From positions 2,400,001 through 2,464,000 of the forward strand of contig OY760175.1 of the NCBI GenBank assembly GCA_963663165.1: a stretch of DNA of 64,000 bases, given 5' to 3'. The position numbers were made by a program, and so were the translations under genes. This document shows, one piece after another, positions 52,007 to 63,068 of the stretch (the first letter of the stretch is position 1; every line of letters starts with the position of its first letter). The notes beneath the pieces were generated by a model, which saw only the letters and a list, made by a program, of their open reading frames with translations, was not told the DNA's origin and ran no database searches. Source of the stretch: an uncultured Desulfospira sp. (GTDB lineage Bacteria > Desulfobacterota > Desulfobacteria > Desulfobacterales > Desulfobacteraceae).

Positions 52007-53284
52007 TTACGAACTGGTCAGCTTAATCTCAATGCGGCGGTTTCGCCGATAAGCCTCAGGGGTATCGGCCGTTTCCAGGGGATGGTACTTGCTGAATCCC
52101 GTGGCAGCCAGGCGCTCTTCAGGGATGCCCATCTCAATGAGAAACCGGACCACGGAAACCGCCCGTGCCGTGGACAACTCCCAGTTTGAGGCAAAGGCCG
52201 GGGTATGGATGGGGATCTTGTCGGTATGGCCGTCAATGCGCAGGATCCAATCCATATCGCCGGGAATTTTCCGGGATATCTCAGCCAGGGTCAGGGCCAG
52301 CTCTTTGAGGCTTTGGCGCCCCTGATCGCCAAGGCCGGCAGACCCGGATTCAAACAAAAGCCCGGCCTGGATCACAAACCGGTCCCCCCGGATCTCAACG
52401 GCCGGGTTGTCGCCCAGGATCTGTTTTAAGCGGCCGAAAAACTCGGACCGGTATTTTTCAAGGTCATGGACCTTTCTGGCCAGGGCAATGTTGAGCTGTT
52501 TACCCAAGTCCCTGATGGTTTCGTCCTTTTGCTCCCCCTGTTTCTTTGAAAGGGCCAGGGCCGTGCTGATCTGGTTGAGCTGCTCCCGAAGCCGTTCAAT
52601 CTGCTCGGACAACAGGGCCACCTGGGCCCTGGCATCGGCAGACAGCTTTGTCTGCGCTTCAATGGCCTCTTTCTGGGAGGCCAGGACCACGGACAGGGCC
52701 TGGATCCGGATGTCCTGTTCCTTGATTTTTTCCTGGGCCAGCACGGTCATCTCTTCTTTTTCGGCCAGCCGGGCCACCAATTTTTTAGACCGGTCCCGGA
52801 GGGCGCCTAATTCTTCGGCGCTTTCAGACAAGGCCGCAGCCTGGGCCGCCACCTTTTCTTCAAGCGCTTCCCTGACCTGTCTTAGGGCCTGGATATCCTC
52901 GTTAAGGCTGGCAATGGTCAGCATCTTGAGGCGGACCTCTTCTTTGGCCTCCTTGGTCTGGGTTTCAAGGCCGGCCACCTGGTCTGAGAGAACCTCCCGG
53001 TCCTCGGACAGGGCCACAATGGTGTCCGACAACTCAGATAACCGGGTATCCAGGGCCACGCTCTTTTCCTTTTCCAGGCCCAGCAGTTCGGTCAGTTCGC
53101 TGACCTGGGCATGGAGATGGGCCAGCTCGTTTTTCTGGCCGAACAGAACCTGATTTAAAAAGAATTGTGCCACGGTAAAAATCATGAGGATAAAGATGAC
53201 CACCATCAGCAGGGCGGACAGCACATCCACATACCCGGGCCAGGCAGAGACGGCATTGGTTGTTCGACGTGATCCGTAAATCAT
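52007..53284 (-). CDS. MotB/OmpA-like peptidoglycan-binding protein with long coiled coil
   Basis: TM WPGYVDVLSALL, coiled coil, and GHTD, NWELSTARA, NRRIEI motifs. Confidence 0.88.
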   Translation of the reverse strand: MIYGSRRTTNAVSAWPGYVDVLSALLMVVIFILMIFTVAQFFLNQVLFGQKNELAHLHAQVSELTELLGLEKEKSVALDTRLSELSDTIVALSEDREVLSDQVAGLETQTKEAKEEVRLKMLTIASLNEDIQALRQVREALEEKVAAQAAALSESAEELGALRDRSKKLVARLAEKEEMTVLAQEKIKEQDIRIQALSVVLASQKEAIEAQTKLSADARAQVALLSEQIERLREQLNQISTALALSKKQGEQKDETIRDLGKQLNIALARKVHDLEKYRSEFFGRLKQILGDNPAVEIRGDRFVIQAGLLFESGSAGLGDQGRQSLKELALTLAEISRKIPGDMDWILRIDGHTDKIPIHTPAFASNWELSTARAVSVVRFLIEMGIPEERLAATGFSKYHPLETADTPEAYRRNRRIEIKLTSS

Positions 53285-53296
53285 GGCCGTCTCCTG

Positions 53297-54157
53297 TTAC
53301 GTATTTTCGCTGTCTTTGGCCGCTGCCCTGGCCTTTTGGCGCTTATATAGCAATTGGGACATGAGCTGATTATGCTGCTGCATCTGCTCAATGAGAAGGC
53401 CCAAATGGGCCCCTAAGGCCCCAAGGTCCTGTCTCCGGCCCGGTTCCGGCCCGTCTTCAGTTTCCACCAGCCGGGTGACCCCTGACAGCCATTCTTCCAT
53501 TTCATTGAAAAACCGGTTCTGGGCGTGGCCGGCCTGAATGTCGATAAACCCTAAAACCAGGCTGCCCCCCAGACCGAACAAAGACGAAGAAAACGCGGTC
53601 CCCATGCCCTTTAACGGTCCTGACAGCCCGGCTTTTAAATGTTCAAACACATGGACAAAATCAGAGTTTCCCACCTCAAGGCCGTTAATGACCTGACCCA
53701 CGGTGCCAATGGTCTGTAACAGGCCCCAGAAGGTTCCCAAAAGCCCTAAGAACACCAGAAGGCCGATCATGTACCGGGAAATTTCCCTTGACTCTTCCAG
53801 GTGACCCCTGATGCCGTCCAGGACGGTTCGAAGGGACAGGGCCGACAGGCTGAAGCGCTGCCGGTGAAGGTCTTCTAAATGTTTGGCCAGAGGGGACAAC
53901 AGGATGGGGGGCTGGGCAATGGACAGCCCCGGATCACCGGTTCTGAAAATCTTGATCCATTTAATTTCCGGTTCCAGCCTCAGAATTTGATAGATATTAA
54001 TCCAGATCCCCACACACAGGGCCGCCAGAATCAGCAGGTTAAATCCCCAGTTGGCCATAAAGGCGGACTTTAAGGGTTGAATTAAAAACAGGCCGACCAC
54101 TGCCACGGCCAACAGGTACAGGATGGTCAAAAAAAGGTAATGTCTCGGGTTTGTCAT
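53297..54157 (-). CDS. MotA/TolQ/ExbB-like membrane protein
   Basis: LGLLGTFWGL and GMGTAFSSSLFGL motifs. Confidence 0.85.
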   Translation of the reverse strand: MTNPRHYLFLTILYLLAVAVVGLFLIQPLKSAFMANWGFNLLILAALCVGIWINIYQILRLEPEIKWIKIFRTGDPGLSIAQPPILLSPLAKHLEDLHRQRFSLSALSLRTVLDGIRGHLEESREISRYMIGLLVFLGLLGTFWGLLQTIGTVGQVINGLEVGNSDFVHVFEHLKAGLSGPLKGMGTAFSSSLFGLGGSLVLGFIDIQAGHAQNRFFNEMEEWLSGVTRLVETEDGPEPGRRQDLGALGAHLGLLIEQMQQHNQLMSQLLYKRQKARAAAKDSENT

Positions 54158-54365
54158 GGCAGGCCTCCCGGCGTGATCCCTTAGGGGAAATATCCTAAAG
54201 TTGGTATGTGAGCCCTTCAAGGCTTTAAAATATCATAAAAAATCTTTATAGCAGAATCAATGGCCTCATGGTTACCAAATTATAATTTATGCGTTGCATT
54301 TTTCAGGAGGCCCGATAAAATGGCGTCCATAAAATTAAACATTTTCAGACAAAAGGGATGATGAT

Positions 54366-55352
54366 ATGAAAAACGGGATTATTTTCGCAGCGGCTGTACT
54401 CATGTTAACCGGCACGGCGTTTTCGACTGCAACGGCCAAAGAGGATGTATTTATCGGCGTTTCCAAAATCGTGGCCCACCCGGCCCTTGACGCCTTGGAG
54501 CAGGGGGTCCAGGACGGGATCAGACAGATCTTTCCCAATGCCCGGTTTGACCTTCAGAACGCCAACGGCGAAATGTCCACGGCGGCATCCATTGCCCAGA
54601 AATTCAAGGCGGAAAAGGTGGACATTGCCGTGGGCATTGCCACGCCCACAGCCCAGGCCCTGGTCAACGCCATCAAAGACCGGCCCGTGGTGTTCTGCGC
54701 TGTAACCGACCCGGAAGGGGCCGGCCTTGTGGCCTCGGTCAAAAAAGGGGAAAAAGGCGTTACCGGCACCTCGGACATGACCCCGGTCAAAGAACAGATC
54801 ATGCTGCTCAACCGGATCAACCCCTTAAAAACCTTAGGGCATGTCTACTGCTCCGGCGAGGCCAACGCCGTTGCCCTGGCCGCCATTGCCAAGCAGGTCT
54901 GCAAGGACCTGAACATCAAATTCATTGAAACCACCGTGACCAATTCTTCTGAGGTCAAACAGGCAGTCCAGACCATCGCCGGCCGGGTGGACGGGATTTA
55001 CCTGAGCAATGACAACACCATCTTTTCGGCCCTTGCTGCGGTCACTGCCGTGGCCATGCAGCATAAAATCCCGGTGATGTCGGCTGATCCAAGTTCTGCT
55101 GAGAAAAACGATGTCCTGGCGGCCTGGGGGTTTGACTATTACAAAATGGGAAAGGCCACCGGCCGCCTGGCCGCCGATATTTTAAACGGCGCCAAACCCA
55201 TTGACATCCCAACGGTTTATATGACCGAGCCCGGTGATGTGGACCTGCTCATCAACCTGGATGTGGCGCAGAAACTCAACCTTTCCTTTCCCGATGATAT
55301 TTTAAAAACCGCCAATAAAGTGATCAAAGACGGCAAGCTGACTTCCAAATGA
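54366..55352 (+). CDS. ABC substrate-binding protein (Trp/Tyr-binding-like family)
   Basis: HPALD, IATPTAQ, AVTDP and VTGTSD motifs. Confidence 0.88.
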   Translation: MKNGIIFAAAVLMLTGTAFSTATAKEDVFIGVSKIVAHPALDALEQGVQDGIRQIFPNARFDLQNANGEMSTAASIAQKFKAEKVDIAVGIATPTAQALVNAIKDRPVVFCAVTDPEGAGLVASVKKGEKGVTGTSDMTPVKEQIMLLNRINPLKTLGHVYCSGEANAVALAAIAKQVCKDLNIKFIETTVTNSSEVKQAVQTIAGRVDGIYLSNDNTIFSALAAVTAVAMQHKIPVMSADPSSAEKNDVLAAWGFDYYKMGKATGRLAADILNGAKPIDIPTVYMTEPGDVDLLINLDVAQKLNLSFPDDILKTANKVIKDGKLTSK

Positions 55353-56233
55353 TTGAAGGCATTTTTGTAGAAGGACTGATTTATGCCATCATGGCCCTGG
55401 GGGTGTTTTTTACCTTCCGGATCCTTGATTTTCCCGATTTGACCGTTGACGGATCTTTTCCCATGGGAGCCGTTATCATGGCGGCCTGCCTTCACGGCAA
55501 CATCGGGCCTTTAACCGGACTTTTTCTGGCCTTTTGCGGCGGGCTTTTGGCCGGGTTTGTCACAGCGGGCATCCATAACAAACTCAAGATTCCCCACCTT
55601 CTGGCCGGGATACTGACCATGACCATGCTCTATTCGGTGAACATCCGAATCTTGTCCAACCGGTCCAACCTGCCCTTGCTCCGGGTAGACACACTGCTCA
55701 CAAAAGTCCACGGCTTAACCGAAGGGATCATGTCCCCTGCCCTGGCCACCCTTTTGTTCTTTATCCTGGTTGTCCTGGCGATAAAAATCCTTTTGGATTT
55801 GTTCTTTCTCACGGACATGGGGCTTGTGTTCGGGGCCCTTGGCAGCAACGAACAGATGGTCCGGGTTCAGGGAATCAACCCGGCCACCCTCAAGCTGATC
55901 GGCGTGGGGATTTCCAATGGCCTGGTGGCCCTGTCCGGGGCATTTGCCGCCCAGTACCAGGGCTTTGCCGACGTGAACCTGGGCCAGGGCATTGTGGTGT
56001 CAGGCCTTGCCTCGGTTATGTTGGGGGAGTTTTTGCTCAAATCCAACCGGATCCATATCCTGACCCTGAGGGTCATCTTAGGGACCATTTTATTTAAGGC
56101 CATCATGTATCTTGGCCGGTATTACGGGTATTATATCAACATGACCCCCAACGATCTCAAACTGATCACCGGACTTCTCATCATCGTTTCCCTTGGCATT
56201 GCCAACTTCAAAAAGCTCAAGGGGGCCAAATGA
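55349..56233 (+). CDS. ABC transporter permease
   Basis: FRILDFPDLTVDGSF and QYQGFADVNLG motifs. Confidence 0.9.
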   Translation: MIEGIFVEGLIYAIMALGVFFTFRILDFPDLTVDGSFPMGAVIMAACLHGNIGPLTGLFLAFCGGLLAGFVTAGIHNKLKIPHLLAGILTMTMLYSVNIRILSNRSNLPLLRVDTLLTKVHGLTEGIMSPALATLLFFILVVLAIKILLDLFFLTDMGLVFGALGSNEQMVRVQGINPATLKLIGVGISNGLVALSGAFAAQYQGFADVNLGQGIVVSGLASVMLGEFLLKSNRIHILTLRVILGTILFKAIMYLGRYYGYYINMTPNDLKLITGLLIIVSLGIANFKKLKGAK

Positions 56234-57024
56234 TTGAACTCAAAAACGTGACAAAAATCTTTAACCCGGGCACGGCCGGGGAAAAGACCGTGATCAACGG
56301 CCTGGACCTTACGGCGGATTCAGGGGACTTTATCACCATTGTGGGCAGCAACGGGGCCGGGAAAACCACCCTCTTTAACCTGATCTCAGGGGCCATATTC
56401 CCCTCCTCAGGGGACATCTTCATTCAAAACCAGCCGGTCACCGCCCAACCCGAACATAAACGGGCACACCGCATCGGCCGGATCTTCCAGGATCCCCTGG
56501 CCGGCACCGCCTCCACCATGAGCATCGAAGACAACATGATGATCACGTCCAAAAAGGGATTCAAATGGCCTAAAATCAGCCTGAACCGGACCATGAAAGC
56601 CCATTTCAGGGAACAGGTCCGGGTCCTGAACATGGGATTGGAAAACCGGATGAAAACCAACGTATCCACCCTGTCCGGGGGGCAGCGCCAGGCCTTGACC
56701 CTGCTGATGACCGTGATGTCCCGGCCCGACATCCTGCTGCTGGACGAACATACTGCCGCCCTTGACCCGGGCAATGCCGCCCTGGTCATGGAACTGACCT
56801 GCCGGTTCATTGAAACGGACCGCCTGACCACCCTCATGGTCACCCACAACATGGGCCATGCCATTGAATTCGGAAACCGGCTGATCATGATGGATGAAGG
56901 ACAGATCATCATTGATGTCAAGGGAGAAGAAAAACAGCAGTTGACGAAAGCCACTTTAATTCAAATGTTCACCGATATCAAAAAACAGGAATTTCAAACT
57001 GACGAGGTCTTGTTATCCCCTTAA
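56230..57024 (+). CDS. ABC transporter ATP-binding protein
   Basis: GSNGAGKT, LSGGQRQ, LLDEHTAALD and VTHN. Confidence 0.93.
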   Translation: MIELKNVTKIFNPGTAGEKTVINGLDLTADSGDFITIVGSNGAGKTTLFNLISGAIFPSSGDIFIQNQPVTAQPEHKRAHRIGRIFQDPLAGTASTMSIEDNMMITSKKGFKWPKISLNRTMKAHFREQVRVLNMGLENRMKTNVSTLSGGQRQALTLLMTVMSRPDILLLDEHTAALDPGNAALVMELTCRFIETDRLTTLMVTHNMGHAIEFGNRLIMMDEGQIIIDVKGEEKQQLTKATLIQMFTDIKKQEFQTDEVLLSP

Positions 57025-57214
57025 ACTCAAATCGGCCCGGTGATCCCCCAGCCTTTCAAAAACCGGATATTTCCCCGGCATCCTTATTTAAAGCCGGAGC
57101 TGAATCCTCTTAGAAAGACTGATTCTCATTCTTTTCTTGTCAAAAAACGGCTAATCCGATACTTGTAAATTCATAGAGTTCTTTAATTTAAACCATGCAG
57201 GATCAATTACCGCA

Positions 57215-60200
57215 ATGGCCTTATCCAGTCATAAGCCGACCGTCCGTCTTGGTATACTCCCAAAAGTCATTATTTTTGTCACCACTCTGATAATGCTTCA
57301 CTTTCTGCTGCTATACCTGTCTGTCAGCAAAAAATTAGAAGCCACGGATGCCCAGATTATCAAACGGGCCGAAGGCATGGGGGAAAGCTATCTGATTTCT
57401 GAAAAGCAGATCAGTGAATCGGCCATCAGCGACAGCGTTAAAGGGCTTGACAAAAAATCCACTGAAGCCATTGAACTGCGGACCCAGGAACTGGCCATGA
57501 GGCTGGCGGATTTTCTTTATGAAAGAGATCAGGACCTGCTTGAGCTGTCCTTTATGCCCAGGGAACCAAAGACCTTTCTTGCCCTGTACAATTCCCTGAA
57601 AAGAAAAGTCATTGTCCCGGGCCCATGGCCCCGGGAGATCAGGGAACCCGTCCCCAACCCCATTGAGTGGAAAAACCTGGACAACCGGACCACCTGGCGC
57701 AACCGGGCTGCCTTTGAGTTTAAAACCGTTCTAAAACCGTTGTACAAAGAGATCACCTTTATTAACCTTGATGGCCAGGAACAGATAAAAATCACGGATG
57801 GAAACATTTCATCGGACCTGAACGATGTGAGTAAAAAGGAAAATACCTACTGCCGGGCTGAAAATTATTTTGAACACCTGGGGTCATTAAAGCCGGGCGA
57901 TATTTATGTATCCAGCGTCATTGGGGCATATGTGCCCGGTTTTCTTGAGCACACCCCTGACGGCGGCGTAAAAGTCCTTGCCCAAAGCGCCTATGCCGGC
58001 AAGGAAAACCCCCATGGCAAACCCTTTGAAGGAATTGTCCGCTGGGCCATGCCGGTGGTTGACGGCAAGGGGAATAAAACAGGATATATCACCATGGCCC
58101 TGGACCATATCCACATCATGGAATTTACCGACCATGTGGTGCCCACCGAGGAATGGTTTTCAGATATCCCCGATGCCGGCTCCGGCAATTACGCCTGGCT
58201 CTGGGACCATGAAGACCAGTGCATCTCCCACCCCCGGGACTTTTTCATCTGCGGATATGATCCCGAGACCGGGGAAGAGGTTCCGGGCTGGCTGAGCCAG
58301 ACCACCTACGATGAATACAAAAAAAGCGGAAAATCCCTTAACGATTTTATAGAAAACCTGCCGCCCTTTCGGAATTTCAGTTTCGTGAAAGAACCCGCAG
58401 CAGAGCAAATTAATTCCGGTCATATCCCTCTGGACTGCAAGGTCCTGGACATGGCGCCCCAGTGCCAGGGCTGGCACAGGGGATCTGAACAAGGCGGGTC
58501 CGGCTCTTTTCTGATCTTCTGGAGCGGGCTTTGGAAACTGACCACCTACGCGGCGGTGCCTTACTATACCGGCCGGTACGCCAACTCCAAGCGGGGATTC
58601 GGTTATGTGACCCTGGGCGCCCATGTGGCGGATTTTCATAAAGCCGCCATGGTGTCCAAGGCCAATATTGAACGAAGTATTGAAAAACAGATGGAAACCG
58701 TCCAGCAATACAATGACCAGACCTGGGAAATGATCAACCGCGTTTCCAAAGAAAACAAACAAATCCTGTTTATATCCACTGCGGTGCTTGATTTATTGAC
58801 CCTGCTGGTCTTAAGTTTTTATATCTTCAGGATGCTTCAGCCTTTAAAACGGGTGACCAAAGGGGCTGACGCCATCCGGAAAGGCGACCTGGACCAGCAT
58901 ATTGAAGCCAAATCCGGGGATGAAATAGGCCACCTGGCCAACTCCTTTAACGAAATGGCCGCATTTTTATCCAAAGCCGACAAAACCAAATCCCGGCTCA
59001 TGGCCGATCAGGTGGAGACCAACCAGAAACTGACCCGGGAGATAGAAGTCCGTAAAAAAGCCGAGGATGCCCTCCAGAAAGCCCATCTTGAGCTTGAACA
59101 GCGGGTGGAGGAAAGAACCGCTGAATTAATGCAGTCCAATGAGGAACTCAAAAAGGCCAAAGTTCTGGCCGAAGCGGCCAGTAAAGCCAAAGGCGATTTT
59201 CTGGCCAACATGAGCCACGAAATCCGGACCCCGTTAAACGGCATTATCGGCATGGCCGAACTGGCATTAGACGGCGACCTGAGTCCTGAGAACCGGAATA
59301 CCGTCCATGTCATCAGCACAGAGGCGGATTCACTGCTCAGAATCGTGAATGATATCCTGGATTTTTCAAAAATCGAGGCCGGGATGCTGGAACTTGAAAT
59401 GATTCCCTTCAGCATCCGGGTCCTGGTTGAGGACTTAGCGGCCAGCCTGGCCTGGCAGGCAGAGCAAAAAGGGCTGGAGGTGATTACCTTTATCGCCAAT
59501 GAAGTGCCCAGACGGGTGGTGGGTGATCCGGGGCGCCTGCGGCAGATTTTACTGAACCTGTCCGGCAACGCGTTAAAGTTCACCCATGAAGGAGAGATTT
59601 TTCTCCAGGTTGAACTGGCCTCATCCAGGGATGACCAGATCGGAATACGGTTTTCCGTGACAGATACGGGAATCGGCATTGCCGCAGATAAACAGTACGC
59701 CATTTTTGAAAGCTTTACCCAGGCCGACGGCTCTACCACGAGAAAGTACGGCGGCACCGGCCTGGGCATCACCATTTCCAAACAGCTGGTAGAGCTGATG
59801 GGCGGCCGAATCATGCTCTCCAGCATTGAAGACAAAGGCAGCACCTTCAGTTTTAATGCATTTTTCAAAAAAGCCCCGGATAAAGACAATACATACGGCT
59901 ACAAAGAGGTGGTTGACCTTACCGGACTCAAAGTCCTGGTGGTGGATGACATGCCCAACACCCGGCTGATTCTGACTGAATACCTTGAACACTGGGGGTG
60001 TGTTCTGCATGAGGCAGACAATGCAGACTCGGCCATGGGCATCCTGAAAACCGCCCATGACCAGAAAGCACCTTTTGAGCTGGTCCTGGCCGATTATCAA
60101 ATGCCGGGCAAAGGCGGGCTGGATCTTTCCCGGGAAATCAGGTCATCCCACGAACTCAAATCCATTCCCATCCTGATCCTGTCTTCCGCGGGCCAGAAAG

Positions 60201-61171
60201 GGGACGGCAAAGAATGCCGGGACATCGGCATCCAGGGGTACCTGACCAAACCCATCCGGAGAAATGAACTGTATAAAGCCATCCAGACCATACTGGGCTG
60301 GTCTGCCAAAGATGATCTGGAAGAAGCCCGGCTGATTACCCGGCATTCCCTGGTGGAAGACCAGCGAAAGAATGCCCGGATTCTTCTGGCAGAGGATTAC
60401 CCCACCAACCAGCAGATTGCCATGCGCCATCTGGAAGGGGCCGGATACCGGGTGGATCTGGCCGAAAACGGCCGGCTGGCCTTTGAGGCCTTCAAACGCC
60501 ACCGGTATGATGTCATTTTAATGGATATTCAAATGCCGGAGATGGACGGATACCAGGCCACGGATGCCATTCGCCGGCACGAGCTGGAAACCAAGGCGGC
60601 CGCCCCTACCCCCATCATTGCCATGACCGCCCATGCCCTGCAAGGGTACAAAGAAAAATGCCTGGCCGCCGGGATGGACGACTTTATCACCAAACCCTTG
60701 AAGCAAAAAGACCTTCTGGCAATGATCCGCAACTGGGTGCCGCCGGACCCGGAACAGGCCATTCTTCTGCCCTATTCAGAATACAAGGACATCAGCGCTT
60801 CGGCAAAGCCGAAACAGGCCCGGACCGATGAGACGACTCCCCTGGATTATCCTATGGCCATAGAAGAATTTGGCGGAGATGAAGACTTTCTGCTGGAGGT
60901 GATTAACCAATTTTTAAACAAGGCCGTGGATCAGATAGAAGTCATCCGCATGGCATTAACAGACAACGATACCGAGGCCATCATGAGAGAAGCGCATTCC
61001 ATCAAAGGGGCGGCCGGCAACCTGCTGGCAGAAGACCTGCTGTCCATTGCCACTGAGCTGGAACAAGCCGCCATTTCCGGTTTGCTTCAGAGCGGGCCGG
61101 TGATGCTTGAACGGCTGCAGACAGAAATATCACGGATTTCCGGTTTTATAGAGTCCCTTTCTGACGGATAG
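57215..61171 (+). CDS. Hybrid sensor histidine kinase (periplasmic sensor, HAMP, HisKA, HATPase, two REC, Hpt)
   Basis: Two TM helices, [29 protein letters not shown], two receiver domains and AHSIKG. Confidence 0.95.
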   Translation: MALSSHKPTVRLGILPKVIIFVTTLIMLHFLLLYLSVSKKLEATDAQIIKRAEGMGESYLISEKQISESAISDSVKGLDKKSTEAIELRTQELAMRLADFLYERDQDLLELSFMPREPKTFLALYNSLKRKVIVPGPWPREIREPVPNPIEWKNLDNRTTWRNRAAFEFKTVLKPLYKEITFINLDGQEQIKITDGNISSDLNDVSKKENTYCRAENYFEHLGSLKPGDIYVSSVIGAYVPGFLEHTPDGGVKVLAQSAYAGKENPHGKPFEGIVRWAMPVVDGKGNKTGYITMALDHIHIMEFTDHVVPTEEWFSDIPDAGSGNYAWLWDHEDQCISHPRDFFICGYDPETGEEVPGWLSQTTYDEYKKSGKSLNDFIENLPPFRNFSFVKEPAAEQINSGHIPLDCKVLDMAPQCQGWHRGSEQGGSGSFLIFWSGLWKLTTYAAVPYYTGRYANSKRGFGYVTLGAHVADFHKAAMVSKANIERSIEKQMETVQQYNDQTWEMINRVSKENKQILFISTAVLDLLTLLVLSFYIFRMLQPLKRVTKGADAIRKGDLDQHIEAKSGDEIGHLANSFNEMAAFLSKADKTKSRLMADQVETNQKLTREIEVRKKAEDALQKAHLELEQRVEERTAELMQSNEELKKAKVLAEAASKAKGDFLANMSHEIRTPLNGIIGMAELALDGDLSPENRNTVHVISTEADSLLRIVNDILDFSKIEAGMLELEMIPFSIRVLVEDLAASLAWQAEQKGLEVITFIANEVPRRVVGDPGRLRQILLNLSGNALKFTHEGEIFLQVELASSRDDQIGIRFSVTDTGIGIAADKQYAIFESFTQADGSTTRKYGGTGLGITISKQLVELMGGRIMLSSIEDKGSTFSFNAFFKKAPDKDNTYGYKEVVDLTGLKVLVVDDMPNTRLILTEYLEHWGCVLHEADNADSAMGILKTAHDQKAPFELVLADYQMPGKGGLDLSREIRSSHELKSIPILILSSAGQKGDGKECRDIGIQGYLTKPIRRNELYKAIQTILGWSAKDDLEEARLITRHSLVEDQRKNARILLAEDYPTNQQIAMRHLEGAGYRVDLAENGRLAFEAFKRHRYDVILMDIQMPEMDGYQATDAIRRHELETKAAAPTPIIAMTAHALQGYKEKCLAAGMDDFITKPLKQKDLLAMIRNWVPPDPEQAILLPYSEYKDISASAKPKQARTDETTPLDYPMAIEEFGGDEDFLLEVINQFLNKAVDQIEVIRMALTDNDTEAIMREAHSIKGAAGNLLAEDLLSIATELEQAAISGLLQSGPVMLERLQTEISRISGFIESLSDG

Positions 61172-61185
61172 CCCAAGGAAATATC

Positions 61186-62184
61186 ATGAAAATTTTAATC
61201 GTAGATGATGAGATCACCAGCCGGTTCAAGGCAGACAAACTGGTCAGCAGCCTTGGTCATGACACCCTTGTGGCGGAAAACGGCAAAGAAGCCTGGCAGA
61301 TCTGGCAGCAGGAAAGGCCCCGGGTAGTTATCACCGACTGGATGATGCCTGAAATGAACGGCATTGAACTGTGCGCGCGAATCCGCAAGGCCGAGGGGGA
61401 TCATTATACCTATATGATCATGATTACCTCACGGGACAGGCCTGAAGACCTTGAAACCGCCATGCAGTATGGTGTTGATGATTTCATCGGCAAGCCTTTC
61501 AGAAAAATGGAACTGGCCGCACGGCTTAGGCCGGCCCAACGGACCATCAACCTGCAGACCAGGGACATTGTCATTTTTTCCATGGCCAAGCTGGCCGAAT
61601 CCCGGGACCCTGAAACCGGAAACCATCTGGAGCGGATCCGGCATTATTCACGGACACTGGCCCAAACCCTGAAAGACCGGCAGATTTTCCCGGGCCAGGT
61701 GGATGACGTATTCGTTGAGAACATATTTCAAACCAGCCCGCTGCATGATATCGGCAAGGTGGGCATCCCGGATCATGTTCTGCTCAAGCCGGACCGGCTG
61801 GACGATTCAGAGTTTGAGGTCATGAAGGCCCACACCACCATCGGGCATAAAACCCTTAATGATGCGTTCAGCCGCTACCCGGGGGCTGAGTATCTTCAAA
61901 TGAGCGCTGACATTGCCCTGTCACACCATGAAAAATATAACGGGACCGGTTACCCCAACAGCATCAGGGAGAGCGCCATTCCTTTGTCAGCGCGCATTGT
62001 TGCCTTGGCAGACGTCTATGATGCCCTGGTCAGCAAACGGGTATATAAGCAGGCGCTTTCAACAGATATTGCACGAAGCATCATTGTAAAAGAAAAAGGC
62101 GCTCATTTTGATCCTTTGATCGTAGACGCATTTTTAAACAGCGAGCAGGACTTTATCAAAATTTGTTCAAAATTTACGGCATGA
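61186..62184 (+). CDS. Response regulator with HD-GYP phosphodiesterase domain (RpfG-like)
   Basis: REC domain plus ETGNH, LHDIGK, HHEKYNGTGYP and ADVYDAL. Confidence 0.93.
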   Translation: MKILIVDDEITSRFKADKLVSSLGHDTLVAENGKEAWQIWQQERPRVVITDWMMPEMNGIELCARIRKAEGDHYTYMIMITSRDRPEDLETAMQYGVDDFIGKPFRKMELAARLRPAQRTINLQTRDIVIFSMAKLAESRDPETGNHLERIRHYSRTLAQTLKDRQIFPGQVDDVFVENIFQTSPLHDIGKVGIPDHVLLKPDRLDDSEFEVMKAHTTIGHKTLNDAFSRYPGAEYLQMSADIALSHHEKYNGTGYPNSIRESAIPLSARIVALADVYDALVSKRVYKQALSTDIARSIIVKEKGAHFDPLIVDAFLNSEQDFIKICSKFTA

Positions 62185-62255
62185 ATGGGTTTGCTTCCCA
62201 TCACAGGAGAATGGGTTCGTGCCGTAAACAGCAATGAAAAACACAGGGAAAGCAA

Positions 62256-62645
62256 ATGAGAATTCTAATAGCCGACGATGAGCTGGTGAGCAGATCCAAG
62301 CTGGAAAAGATCATGTCAACATTCGGAGACTGTGAAGTTGTAGAATCAGGTTCCCAAGCGGTAGACGCCTTTAAGAAAGCCTGGGAAGAATGGACCCCCT
62401 TTGACCTGATTGCCCTTGATATACTGATGCCCCAGATGAACGGCATGGATACCATTCTGGAAATCCGCCGGCTGGAAGCGGTAAAGAGAGTTGCCAACAA
62501 ACACCGCGCCAAAATACTGATGGTCACCAGTGAGGCTGAAAGGGATGTGGTACTCACCTGCGTTCAGGCCGGATGTAACGAATATATCATTAAACCCTTT
62601 AACCTTGAACTGGTAACCAAGAAACTGTCGGATCTGGGGTTTTGA
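62256..62645 (+). CDS. Single-domain (CheY-like) response regulator
   Basis: IADDE, LDILMPQMNG and YIIKPF. Confidence 0.92.
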   Translation: MRILIADDELVSRSKLEKIMSTFGDCEVVESGSQAVDAFKKAWEEWTPFDLIALDILMPQMNGMDTILEIRRLEAVKRVANKHRAKILMVTSEAERDVVLTCVQAGCNEYIIKPFNLELVTKKLSDLGF

Positions 62646-62796
62646 TTTTCCGTATCCGGGCATGAAGAGATATTGAATAACATTTACAGCAATGGATAGA
62701 TATTTTGATTTATCATTGACACCTTTCCGGGTTTATACTAAGACAGTTTTCGAAGATGAGCCCTGAAGGACTCACATAGCGCGACATAAAATTTAA

Positions 62797-62890
62797 ATAA
62801 CGGTCACGGACCGTCTTTGGTTATCTATCCAAGCATTGGTCCAAAACTAAGAAATGGAAGCCTTTCCAAGACGTTGGTGAGACTTTCATA
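62797..62890 (-). repeat. ~92-nt structured repeat element, copy D
   Basis: ATAACGGTCACGGACCG...GTGAGACTTTCATA on the + strand, homologous to 12208-12299. Confidence 0.8.
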
Positions 62891-62897
62891 AAAATAA

Positions 62898-62957
62898 AAA
62901 AAAGGCCATGAAGGCCGGCAGAGTTCAATTTCTCTGCTGCCCTTCATGGCCTTTTTT
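62898..62957 (+). terminator. Intrinsic terminator/attenuator upstream of the FecCD permease
   Basis: AAGGCCATGAAGG...GCAGAG-loop-CTCTGC...CCTTCATGGCCTT followed by a T-run. Confidence 0.7.
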
Positions 62958-63068
62958 ATTTATAGCATTTAGCTGTTAACATTCAGCTGTTAGCCGATGG
63001 CGAAAATTTAAAAAACCAACCGCTAATAGCTGAAAACAGCCGATAGCGACCCGTTGGAAGGTGCTGAG

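Noticed and set aside
52007..54157. Zorya anti-phage system
   Set aside because: There are no ZorC/D/E-like genes, and the MotA-like protein lacks the long cytoplasmic tail.
62700..63068. Cobalamin riboswitch upstream of the BtuC/FecCD permease
   Set aside because: Could not find the conserved GGGAA...GCCACTG...AGCCAGA.ACCTGCC core.
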